DNA from: Kudoa neothunni
Lineage: Eukaryota; Animalia; Cnidaria
Assembly: GCA_964304625.1 (NCBI GenBank)
Contig: OZ199838.1
Location: forward strand, 1,086,809-1,150,808
Length of the DNA stretch: 64,000 bases
Reading direction: 5' to 3'
Below are positions 12,573-24,850 of the stretch, one piece after another. The notes beneath the pieces were generated by a model. That model ran no database searches, had not been told where the DNA came from, and saw nothing but the letters and a program-made list of their open reading frames with translations. Positions within the stretch are counted from its first letter, which is position 1, and every line of letters begins with the position of its first letter. Both the position numbers and the translations under genes were made by a program.

Positions 12573-12985
12573 TTTTTATTGTATCAGATAGTTTGGAATT
12601 TTCTGGTAATTTGATCTATCTTTTGTTGTAATTGTGGAAGCTCTGGGGTAGGTCTACAATCAGTAATACTTTTCATTTTTTCTTCACACGAAGGTTTTAA
12701 AAATTCTTTAAAATATTCACTATTATTCATGTTTCGTACGGCCATTTTTAAAGCAAACAAAACAGGGATTAACGATTAGAATTTAATTATTAAAAAATGA
12801 TTTACTCCGTAAAGTATAATGTCTAGTATTCCTATAAATAAAAGACAAAAAATTTATTAAGTTGAAACTGAAAGAACCAATAAAAGTTGTCAAAAAACGT
12901 ATAACAATTTTAATTATGAATATTGAACCGAAAGTATTGAGAGGCAGCGAAGATTCTGCTTCAGAAACCAATGACGCGTCGTGTA

Positions 12986-13586
12986 CATGGCTACCAGCGG
13001 GATTTTAGAAAAAACCCAAGGATGGACGGTGAAGAATCCCAAGTTTAAGTAAAAAAACCCAAGGTCGAGAAAAACGCTAATCTAAAGTACAACAGAAAAT
13101 ACAATCATATATATTAAAGTTTTTAATCATCTTCCGAGTCTTCAAATACGTCTACAGACATTAAATTTAAATTTATCGTCGTATTATTGCAATTTATTAT
13201 TGCGAACACTCATTCAAACTTAATGTCTAGTATAGATCAATATGCTCACAATGAATTAATTAATTCATAGTTCAAGACATATTTTGAAATAAAGTTAAAT
13301 TTTCAAATAATGTGCGACAACGTTAACTGAACAAATGTGCAATCGCGTCACGTTAAACAATCTATTGTGCTGTCGTTCAATATCGTAAATTTTTAAACCC
13401 TGCGCGACATAATCTGAGTAGGATACGTTATTAAAAATATAAATATTAATGTCGCGCATAATAAAATTTGTGTTATTATTCAGTGTTGACAGGTTTTCAA
13501 TAAAAACCCAAGATTTTACAGATGAATGAAAAAAAACCCCAAGAACCCAAGGTGACCACAAAAAACCCAAGCAGTGGACGCCCTGG
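12986..13586. mobile_element. MITE-like element with subterminal (A)nCCCAAG direct repeats
   Basis: Seven A-rich CCCAAG units form two clusters (13011-13063 and 13502-13571). Imperfect termini are CATGGCTACCA and TGGACGCCCTGG. Confidence 0.55.
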
Positions 13587-13874
13587 TCATGTGTTAACTG
13601 GAGAATGAGACATGTGCTAGTTCTGGATGGGCTTGTGGAATTAATAGGGCGGCCTGGAGGTACCATTAGTTTGTATTTATGCTTTCAAAAAATTATCGAA
13701 CTTTTTACAATTTTATGCAAAATAAGAGGATATATCAACATAACAATATTAAATTAAAACTATTTTTACAAGAAATTTTTTAATCTTGTTTTGTACTCTT
13801 AAGGTAGGCACTGCTTACCCTGACCCCCCGTGCCTGATGAAGCAATCCTAAGGGAATTCCTGACCACTGGCCCT

Positions 13875-14283
13875 GATGGTATTTTTTCAGGGCATATTGA
13901 AGTTTATTCTGAACCCTGATGATGGTTTGTCGAGAGACCTTAACGGATTATTTCTCGAAGACCTTTTCAGATAATTGTTTAAGGGATATCGTACAATTGT
14001 CATTCATCTCATTAATAATAAATTGTTTTTGATCATCATTCAATAATGAACGGCGGTCTTTACCTGTTGCCAGTCTTTCTTCTGAACCCGTTTCATTTAT
14101 CCTTTTGACAATTCTACTTATCGTAGATTTGTGAATACCCAGGGACTCAAATATTTGACGGTTTGCCTTCCCATTCCGAATGGCTTTAGAAATTATATCA
14201 AAATATGAATGCCTGGAGTTTTTGGAAAATCTTTTCTCTATCTTCCTTATTTACAATTTCGTATTTTCTTCTGACTTTATTAA
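13875..14283 (-). pseudogene. Tc1/IS630-type transposase N-terminal (paired-like HTH) fragment, interrupted by the adjacent Tc1 insertion
   Basis: Translates as KVRRKYEIVNKEDREKIF / LGIHKSTISRIVKRINETG...RRSLLNDDQKQFII...TISLKQLSEKV*SVKVSRQTIIR...YALKK, with a frameshift and a stop. Confidence 0.75.
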
Positions 14284-14285
14284 TA

Positions 14286-16112
14286 TAGGGCTTCTCAATT
14301 GAACTCGGCACCATTTTGGTTCCAACAGTAATTCATATTTAAACATTAATGATATTTTTAGTAAATGTTTATTAGTGGTTCTCGTAAAAAATAAACAAAT
14401 ACCAACGGAAAACACATAAAATATTACATGTTAAAAACAAGTTTAATTCGATTTCCCCAATAAATTTTTGTGTAACCTTTAATAGGTACCCTATAATAAT
14501 TCCTCTTTAAAATTTATTTTTAAGAAAATTATATCATGGAAAGAACCAATATAATATCAACTTTAGACTCAGGAACAAAAGACCTCGTATAAAAAATACG
14601 ATTAAAGGATCGAGGCAGCGCATTAAAAATATGGTAAACTGAATATGTTTCTTTCGTATCTCAGATAATGGTCTTATCATCAGAATTCTCTTATTCTATC
14701 AACTATGTGTGACGTTTTCTGAGCGAACTCATTGGTTACCATAATTGTGTTGTCGCAAAGAAATTTCATAGTGCATTGAATCCAGAAGAGAGAAATAACA
14801 ATTTTATTGAGTCGGATGGTTCTATTTCCGTTGATAATGAAGTTCTAATTACTTCGGAGCCTAAAAAATGAGTTCAACGGAAAACAATATCATCCGAACT
14901 GAGAGAGCAAATGTTCAACTTTTTTGAAAAGGGGAGGAGTGATACCTATATTGCATCGGAGATGCGTCTGCCTCGGTCTACAGTATGATCTATTTTATCC
15001 AAATTCAGGATGAGTAGAACTCTTGAACTGAAACCTAGAGGCGGAAATAGACGACCTGTTCTTTCTCCTGAACAGAAAGAAAAAATTATTAGCTGGGTAG
15101 ACGAAAATTCCTTGATCTCCCTAAAAGAAATATAAAATAAAGTCCATGAGGATTTTGGAATTGTTGTGTCGCTTAGTACAATTGACAGGGTGATTAGACA
15201 ATTTCATTATACTCTAAAAAATTAAGTGAGAGTGTCAGAAAGAAGAAACTGCGAAACCACTATTCATAAAAGAAAGAAAAACGCAGAAATGTTCAGGGAA
15301 CTGGAAACGACGGTGACTCATGAGAGTATAGTTTTCCTTGATGAAGTAGGGTTCTCCGTTGTGACGCGACCTAAAGGAGGTAGATCTTTAAAAGGAACGT
15401 CAGCCTATTGCTTCGTTTCGGCCGCTAGAAGCAGGAATATTTCTGTTGTAGCAACTGTAAATAAAAATGGAATAATTTACAGCAAAATACACGACAAGGC
15501 GGTTACAGGGGAAGACTTTAAGATTTGTTTAGAAGAGCTTAAGAATTCCTGTATAGCGAAAGATGTACATCAACCTATTTTCGTAATGGATAATGCCAGA
15601 ATCCATCATTATACGGGATTAAAAGATTTGGTTGTTAGAGAAGATATCCTAATAAGGTATTTACCACCTTATGGTCCTTTTCTTAATCCCATAGAAAATG
15701 TCTTCTCTGTTTGGAAGAACCTGGTCATCCGTAGGCAATCCAAAAATGAAAATGAATTAAGAGTGGCCATTAAAGATTGCTTTAAAGAAATTACTCCACA
15801 ACAATGCGATGGATTCTACCGCAAAATGTTGGGATACATTACCAGGTCATCCCATGGAGAAATTATCTTAGAATAAAAAATATATAAATATCGGATTTAA
15901 AGTTTTGTTGTTTCTTGTTTCTATTTATGTAAGAAATTTAGTAACACTATTTAACACCAAACTTAATATGGATATACGCTCTAATCTTATAATAATATTT
16001 AAAAATATGTTTAAAAGAAAAATAATTATTTAAATTGCAAAACATTAATTTTACAGCAAAACGATTCGAGTATGTAGAGTAGTGTCATCATAATTATAAG
16101 TTACGAGATATG

Positions 16113-16143
<31 letters not shown>

Positions 16144-16260
16144 TCTTCTAATTATTCGTTATTAAAAATTAAATTTATAGTTACATCTAAGTGATTTAAA
16201 CGTCTAAATATGAATTATTGTTGGAACCAAAATGGTGCCGAGTTCAATTGAGAAACCCTA
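14286..16260 (+). mobile_element. Full-length but inactivated Tc1/IS630-like (DD34E) transposon
   Basis: About 55-bp TIRs (TAGGGCTTCTCAATTGAACTCGGCACCATTTTGGTTCCAACA... and its reverse complement at 16205-16260) with a TA duplication on both sides (14284-85, 16261-62). Confidence 0.93.
14850..15876 (+). pseudogene. DD34E transposase with several in-frame stops in the HTH half
   Basis: Catalytic motifs VFLDEVGF, FVMDNARIHH and YLPPYGPFLNPIENVFS, with 34 residues between the second D and the E. In-frame stops lie near 14869, 14986, 15133 and 15223. Confidence 0.9.
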
Positions 16261-17166
16261 TAATTTCTAGTTCAATAAGCATATCTGAATCTTAATTCTT
16301 AAAAACTGACTAGCGCGCGCTGTTTGCATTTTGGTCATGAAATATTGTAATTAAAAATATTCATTTTATTAAATAGAGAGTTATTCAAATATGTATCATT
16401 AAGTAATTTAATTTAGCTAACGATATTTTATTCAACAATCATACGGAATTGGTAAACGAGTTAAGATCGCATTTAATTTTTCGAATTTTTTGTAACAGTT
16501 AATAAATAAAAATTTTGAAATAAATTAATCAGTATCCTTATTAGAATGAAAATACTTCTTTAATATGTAAAAGAAAATTAGGAAAATTTAATTGAGTTAA
16601 AATTCATTTCTCCTAATTATATTACAACAACTATTCCATGCATACCAAATTCTATCTATGATATTTATTGGCTACATGAATTTCAAATATCCAATTAGAT
16701 GGTATATTTGTTTAATTCATAATAGTTTATATATAAGAATCCCAAAAAATTTAACAACCAAATGAATTATTATACAACATATGTTTTAATTTTGAGAAAG
16801 ATTTATTTAATAATTTCTTAATGAAATAATTATCGTATTAACCATCTTTTGTTTAGCTATATTTTAATTAATTCATCCCATTAATAGTCCAATTATAATG
16901 AGTTTTTTATGTCTAATTTTATTAAATTTTGTCATTGTATTTTTTTGTCATAGATGATAAAAAGATACGTGATTGTATATTTCCATATAAAATAGTAATA
17001 ATATTTGCAAAAACCAGAAGTTTTCGATTTATATTTGGCCATTTATAATTGCTTGTTTCTTGCGAATTTTAATCCCATTCATACCATTCATTACAGTCAA
17101 ATTGAAATATTCAGTCTGATAAATGCAACGATAATTTTTCGTATGAACATTATACATATGATAAGA

Positions 17167-20091
17167 ATGAAGTTATTGGTACATTTATTTGAAATATGCT
17201 TGATTTTTTCCTGTAATTAACAATTAAATTCTTTTTATTAATAAAATATAGCTAAATTTGTTTCACTTGATGCGGAGACAGGTGGAGTACAAACTCCGGC
17301 TGTACCGCAAGCTCCAGTTCTAGCACAAGTTCCTACTAAGGCACTCAATTACTCTATCGTAAAAGATAACAGTGGTGGAAGAGAAGTACAATTAAAATTA
17401 ACTGGTAGTGATTTCGCTGGATCCAAAAAATGTTATATCAAGAAATCTGCTGAAAACCTTGGAAGTTATACAGACATAGATACTTGTCTTCAAGGCAATG
17501 ATCAATGTGGAAATAATAATTGTTGTAGAACATGTACGGGAAATGGAAATAAATTTACCTTCGATAAATTTTCACCAAGAACTAAGTATGTAGTTGTATT
17601 TGCTGGGGATAATGCTTCAGCTCCTGTCTCGAAAACTAATGATGGGGCAGTTTTTGGACTTGAAATAGGTAAATTAATGATATATTCTTTTTTTTAAACT
17701 TGATATTAGCACTATTGATTAATCCAAAAGTTACAATAACTGTTACAGAGGATAAGAAACTTAAATTGAGCACATCTACATGTGAACCGGTTGAATGCCC
17801 CATATATTATAAAGATGTGAAATATGTAGGAGGAACTGCAGGGGATACCTGTATTGCTGCAAAAAATAGTGAAGATGAAGTCGAATTTGATTTGATGATA
17901 CCTCATTATGAAATGAGGTGTAAGGATTATCCAAGTTTTTTTTATAAATTGCAAAACGCTTATACATTGATGAGTATGGATGTTTATAAACCACAATATT
18001 ATGTCAAATATAATGATGCTAGTAAAAATAAATATTTGTTAAAGTTTACAAACAAATTTCCATTCGAAATATGCCGATTCAGCATTAAAGATAAAGATAC
18101 TCAAATTATTGCTGGTAAGAGCGATGAATATACTTCCAATTGTGGCGGAACAAATAAAGATTGTTACGCTCCTTGTAATGACGTCGAACTAAAGTTTACT
18201 GCTTCAAAAACCGTAGTTGATGTATTGATCCAATCCAGACATTTTCCTTTAAATAAATATAACAATAAGTATTATGGATACGAACAGAAAAAGTTTGGTA
18301 ATTTGAGTACTTATGAATTCAACTAATTCCGTTTAGTTGTAACTGAACCTTCCCCTCCTGGGAATGATTTATTATCAGATATCAAAAATAATGGTGTCAC
18401 TCTGAATGTTCCTCTATTTAACCATCAGTAAACCCTAAATTTTCAACGTGTACAGTGAAATATTATCCGGCAGACAAACCACCACCAAGTGACGGAGCAG
18501 GAACTAAGTGTGGAAATTCTGATACCGACTGTTAAAACTGACTGTCTGGCTACTTTAAAAATAACCGAACTTTTGAGTGGTAAACCATATATACTTACAA
18601 TTGCAGCTGCTACAACACATGACGTGCCAGAAAACTTTAAAGAGCATATATTCTTTCGAACAGGTAAGAGATATAAAGAATAAATAGATTTTATTGATAA
18701 TTATATAGAAAAAGGAGAATCAAATACATTTCCTACAGTAACCCCAACGATGGGAGAGAGAACTGCTTCGATCAAGGCCTTAGATGGACAAGAAACTTTA
18801 TCAAGTTCTGACATTACATGTTCTTATTATGTTAGTCCCAGAGGAAAGGATGTGTACGTCTGTGCAATGTGCGTCGATAGTTATCCATGTCGAGGTTATT
18901 GCAGAGAGACTCAAACAATTGTTGGATTTAAAATCAGGAACAGAATATGATCTTAAAGTTGTTGCTCACAAAGAATATGGCACCAAAATACATCAGATCA
19001 CAACAGGTATAAAATTAGCTACAAAAATAAATAATGAATTTTTAGTGAAATCAAGACTCACACTTGAGAAACAATTTGTTGATAAAGGTTTCAAAATAAT
19101 AGGCACATTATCTACTCCGGATGATACAGCTGAGTGTCATTACAATGTGGAAAATTAAAAATGGAGACAAATATAAATTGGTTTATCAATGCCCAAGAGC
19201 ACCCATTTCTACAGAACCAGCTAAAAAATCCTCCAGTAAATCGAAATACGATAAAATCACTGTAGCTAGATCGTCTGCTGATCTATCTACCTCGACAACA
19301 AAAAAAACTATTTCACCATCATTAGCTACATGCACCGAGATTGCTTTGTGCTCCGAAAATATTATTCACGAATAATTATGATCGATTAAAAAAATATCGT
19401 GTAGTGGTAACATCAGTTAATGGAAAAGTACAAACAAATATTGTAATTCCTGAAAGTAGAATATTTTTTAATTTGATAATTTTATTATGAAAATAAATAA
19501 TGTAAATGATTAAAATTAGATCCACTACCAACAAACCAGGATATAAACAAACAAATTATAGTAAGTATTAAGCGCGATGGAAACAAATTGAAGATCACAA
19601 CAGTACTACCACAGGAAGTATCTGAAAGCACTTGTGGTTGGGAATTAAGAGATTCAACTAAACCTGATAAAGTTTTAATTAAATCATGCAATGGGGAAAA
19701 CGATGGAGGTTGTGAAAGTTTTCCAAAATGTAACGAATTTGAAATCACTGATGTTGAAGACACAAACGATTATCATCTGACGGTTTACGTAAATAATGAC
19801 AAATCAATCAAAGGAAATAGTGAAATTAAGCAAGGTAAATGTGAGTCGTTCTTTCGATTAATAATTTTATTTTAGGAGAAACGTTTGATACAATGAAATC
19901 AACGTAATTTGACATGTATATATAATTAATTAATTTATAATTATATTATAGGTCCAAAAATACCATGTAAAAATATATATTGTTGTTATATATTAAAATA
20001 ATTATTATATAGAATAATTGTAGTTGCAGCGGTTGTAGGTGTAATTGTCCTTACAGCAATTATCTTCGTTATTATAAAGAAGAAGAATTAA
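17167..20091 (+). pseudogene. Cys-rich FN3-like membrane protein paralogue 2 (four single-base frameshifts; pseudogene or assembly error)
   Basis: Same 10-exon layout: signal MKLLVHLFEICLIFS, TM IIIVVAAVVGVIVLTAIIFVII, KKKN-stop. Relative to copies 3/4 it has -1 at ~18422, +T at 18927-29, +A at 19151-54 and +A at 19356-59. Confidence 0.75.
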
Positions 20092-20842
20092 CCAACTAAT
20101 ATTTAATTATTTAGTATTTATTCAGAAAACTTTATATTCGAATATTTGAACTTGTTTTCTTATTTTTTTTTATGATTATTCTTAAAATAATAAAATTTGA
20201 TACTTATAATGGGTTACTGATAGTATGCAATTAGATTTGACCGCTATATTCATTATTAATACAGATATTTAAGTTTAAAATATTTTTATCATAATAATAA
20301 TAATGAATAATTTTCTTAATTTTTTTTGGTTTAATCTAGTGAATTATTTATACATTAGGTCATCTAGCCCACAAATTATTGGTTTTTTTTCAGATTAACT
20401 ATGTCGATTTAATTTTGGTGGTGACTATTTTACAATTGCTAAATTATTCCATCGTGGAACTTGGAATTTAACCAGAATTAACATTTCTTAAGCAAAAGGG
20501 TAGAGTTTTTTAAAATTTTATGACTATTGTTTTTCACATATTTTTAGATAAATGCATTAGATTTATACTTGTAGTAATGTGAAGATAGTCTAGTTCTGAT
20601 CTGAACTTGAATACAATCATTAGAAATCGCAATGACTCAACCAATAATAGTTTATTTTCATTTTAATGTATAAACATATCAAAGTAATAATCAGAAAATC
20701 CGGCAGTTACTATAAATTATAGACTACGTTAAAATTATTTAATTTTTTATAAATATATACTTTCATAAAAAAAGATGAATTATTTTTATCACAAAGTAAA
20801 TAATATAATGAAATGTAAATAAAAAAAAATTTGCATGTTTAT

Positions 20843-21253
20843 TTTTACGAGTGCCTCAAAATTTACTATACACTTTATGCTTTTTGGGGTCTATTTGACC
20901 CCACGTTTTTATTGAACGCCGGTATTAAGAAATTAATTGTGAGGGAAACGTTTTACAATGTTTTATTAATAAGGAATTAGATTTTTATTTATTAAAACAA
21001 CATTAGATTCAAAAAGTCATTAAAATCGTTGAATTTTACGTTTATTTTAACGCTGAAGCTCCTTGGTAATCATCGTTATAAATCGGAAACGTGATATTCG
21101 TTATATTTTTTCAATATTTTATCGATAATTTTTTTATATATTTTTGAAAAATAATTCTTTTATTTTTTTCATAATTCAAGCTAAAAAAAATTTGAGGTCC
21201 ATTCGACACCAAAAGAAGGAATGTGTAAAGTCGATTTTCAGGCGCTCGTAGGG
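20843..21253. mobile_element. piggyBac-like MITE
   Basis: The right end reads ...GGCGCTCGTAGGG|TTAA. The left end TACGAGTGCCTCAAAATT...TTTTGGGGTCTATTTGACCCCA is a decayed reverse complement of it over about 60 bp. Confidence 0.6.
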
Positions 21254-22157
21254 TTAAATACAAATACAAATTAGCAATACATTATTTAAGAAATAATCAT
21301 CTCTTGATTTTTAGAGGTGCATAATTTTTAGTTTAGAAAATTTCGAATGCAATTTTTTTGTTTAAAGGTACGGTCTTATGAGTTTGTAGGAGTATTCTAA
21401 GAATTCTACAGAAAAAAAATTCTCGTGCTTTGAGTAAAATAAAAAATATTTCTTTTGGAGTATGGCGAATAACCCAACCCCGAAAGGAAAGATTAATCGT
21501 ACATTTATATGAACGTACTATGTAAATTGTAACAATTAACAGCCAAGAAATCTTAGTAGATCATATATTCGCATATCATACTTTGGTATTTTAGTAGATA
21601 AAAAACGACGTAAACTTACATCTTAGAACGAAAATCTAGTTAAAAAATGCTTTAAACATATATTGCTTCTATAATAGACCTATCTTTAATTACAATGAAA
21701 TCGTAATTTTTATTTGTGACGATTACTCAACTATAAAGTTAATTTTACTTGAAAAATTCTCAACATATATTTTTTTACGAGTTAATAAATGTATTTAATT
21801 GAGGAGATAACTAAATAAAATAAAGTAAAAATTCGAATGTTTGAATTTTGGAATAAATTTTATCATAAATATTTTGCATCAAGAAAAAATTACTTAATAA
21901 ATTTATTGGAAAATGCTATTGTTAAATTTAAAAATCTTTGTTCTGATTGTAAATAGAATAAATCAGAAAGTTCTGTTTTTGAAATACGAAGTCAAAAGAT
22001 TGGACCTTTACACCTTTATTACTAACCGATACAAATAAAAAAATCGAAGAACGATTATTGAATAAGAATAATTTTTAAATCACGGAAAATTATAAATTAT
22101 TTTGAAGTATTTCTCAACAATATGAGTACTTCATGTGCATCAGAATGTGATCGACTT

Positions 22158-22360
22158 AAGATTTATTTCCAATATACTAGTTAATTCTTATTGCTCTAAA
22201 ATTTAGTAAGTCTCAGGTATTTTTTGTGATAAAAACAAAAATGACAAAATTTCGAAGAAGAAGAAGAAGAAGAAGTGTGTTAACAGGACGAATTGTGCGG
22301 AACAACTTGATTTCCGATTGCATACCTGAACTCCGTACACAGATACTGCAGTTTAAGCGG
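22158..22360 (+). repeat. Partial copy (right half) of the MITE at 28281-28686
   Basis: AAGATTTATTTCCA... and TTAACAGGACGAATTGTGCGGAACAAC...TTTCCGATTG align with 28497-28640. Confidence 0.55.
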
Positions 22361-23011
22361 AAAAAGATGTTTAAAAGTTTGTGATTATCGAAAAAGTTTA
22401 CGAGATAATATCTTCTCTACATTCTCATAATTTTGTTGATACCCCATGTTAGAAAATATATAAAAAATATGTTGCGAGCTAAATGACTAATTGGAAAATT
22501 CAAAAAGTGTGAATGATGAATCTCTGATTTAATATTTAAAAAATAAATCTAAGATATTATGAAAAATTATAATTTCGAAAATTTAATAATATTAATAAGA
22601 CTTTCATTTCATACCATCTGTCCTAGAATTATTAGAAAACATATAATCCAGATAAATCATAATATTGAATTAAACGTGTAAAACTATAATTAATTTCTTA
22701 GTTGGACGATACATATATTTTTAATGTGGGAAAACCACCTTTACAATAATTACAGTAATAGATAAAAATAAAAATCTTCTAATTTTATGTAAGGACCAAA
22801 AAATTGTTCTTTTCACATTTAATGAGAAATAAAGAGAGGGATTACTTATTATTTCCTGGATTAACAGATATTTGAAATTTTAAAAGATTAAAATACATTT
22901 TTTTGTTATTCGCGACCAACGAATTTTAAATCAAAATGCATTTAATGTTATAGGATTTATTCAACGTGGGCACAAAAGTTTTAGAATTCTACTGAAATAC
23001 AAGGTTCATAG

Positions 23012-23577
23012 CAGGGGTCGGCAAACTACGGCCGTCGGGCCTAATCCGGTCCTCCAGTTATTTCTTTACCAACCAGCCATACATTGACTAGCATAAAATT
23101 TTTTCTTTAGCGTCTAAAATACGTAAATAATTTTAAGGTTTTTATCTAGATCGTTTTCTACATGTTAAAATGTTGTCGATATAAATATTTCAGCCAAATA
23201 ACATTCATTTTCATTAAGTCAGAAAACTGGAAAAATATAAATATCAAAATAACGTTAAAATAGTTTTTTGGAAAATATAAAATATTTTTAAATATACATA
23301 TAGATACATCTGATAATACTTGACATCAGAATAAATAGTGTTTCCACCAGTTATGTAAGAGTTGTTTACACCGGAAATGAAAATTATTAGCATATAATAA
23401 TTTTTATTCAACGTAATTTTTTAGTTAAAATGACTTATAATTTTTAATTTCTATGTTTATATTCAATATTTGAATTATAAATAATTTTAAATTTTTGTAA
23501 ATTAATTTTGATACGGCTTGCATTAAAGTTTGGGCATACTAGTTTGACCCGACACTCAAAAAGATTGCCGACCCCTG
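23012..23577. mobile_element. hAT (Charlie-like) MITE, 566 bp
   Basis: Perfect 13-bp TIRs CAGGGGTCGGCAA / TTGCCGACCCCTG. The 8-bp flanks GTTCATAG and GTTTAAAG match at 6/8 positions, consistent with a decayed TSD. Confidence 0.88.
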
Positions 23578-24850
23578 GTTTAAAGCCTAAAAACAGTGAG
23601 TTGCCTTATTCGATAATCAACGGCATATCAAACGTGAATATATTTTAAATTTAATATTATCTCTCTTTGGTGACTATTAGAATTAAACTAGGTTAATGGG
23701 CACAAACAAGTAATAAATTACTCGTAAATAGAATTAATATTATAATATTTCAATCATATAACATTTTCTCCTAACCTAAGTGTTATGTAGATTATTACAC
23801 TCTCAATTTCTATTTCGCACCTTTTTCCTAGTCTCAAAAGAGTGTATCAAGTGTTATTTAGTGTATTATGTTTCCATTGATAGAGTAAATATTCTAATGA
23901 TATATAAAGAAGAGAACTTTATTTAGTATTTATTCATCCGTGGATGAATTAATAATTAAAAATATTTACTTAACTAAATAAAGAATTATTTAAATATCTA
24001 TCAAGGAGTAAATTGGGTTTACTTTAGCTTACGAAACATAAATATTTTATAAAAGTTAATTTATTACTATTAGCTGATAGTAATTGTGATATTAGTTGAA
24101 ATAAGATAACAATATTTAATCAGCAATCATATAGAATTAGTAAACGAGTTAAGATCTCATTTGAATATTAGAATTTTTTGATAACCACTAATAAATAAAT
24201 GTTTAAAAATAAATTAATTAGTATCTTCATTAGAATAAAAATACTTCTTAAATAAGTTGAAGGAAAATTCATGGAATTTAACTAAATTTAAATTTATTTC
24301 ACCTTAATTTATTACAACAATTATTCTATGCATTCAAATGCTATCTATGATATTTATAGGTTGCATGAATTTCAAATATCTAATTAGATAGTAAATTTGT
24401 TTAATTCATAATAGTTTATACAGAAGAAATCCAGGAAATTTAACAACCAAATGAATTATTATACGACATATGTTTTTATTTTGAGAAAGATTTATGTAAT
24501 ATAACCCAAATGAAATAATAATCGCATTAACCATCTGTTGATTAGCTATATTTTAATTAATTTATTTTATTAATAACACAACTTTAAAGAGTTTTTGTCT
24601 AATTTTATTAAATTTTTTCATTGTACTTTTTTTCCATAGATGATAAAACGGTATGTAATTCTACATTTACAAATAAAATATTAACAATATTTTCAAAAAC
24701 AGAAGTTTTTTAATTATATTTAGTCATTTATAATTGTTTGTTTCTCGCGAATTTTAATCCCATTCAAACCATTCATTACAGTCAAATTGAAATATTCAGT
24801 CTGATAAATGCAACGATAATTTTCGTATGTACATTATACATATGATAAGA

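Noticed and set aside
12575-12740. Possible pogo catalytic-domain remnant on the minus strand (KVLLIVD...IKLPENS)
   Set aside because: It is too degenerate, and it lies on the opposite strand to the pogo remnant at 8322, so the two cannot be confidently joined.
13011-13571. Spaced CCCAAG repeats as a CRISPR array or telomeric repeat
   Set aside because: The units are only about 11 bp and irregularly spaced, the context is eukaryotic, and there are no cas genes.
14850-15230. In-frame TGA/TAA codons as evidence of an alternative genetic code
   Set aside because: NOP2, the array genes and HTT use standard stops and have open exons. The stops are confined to dead transposons.
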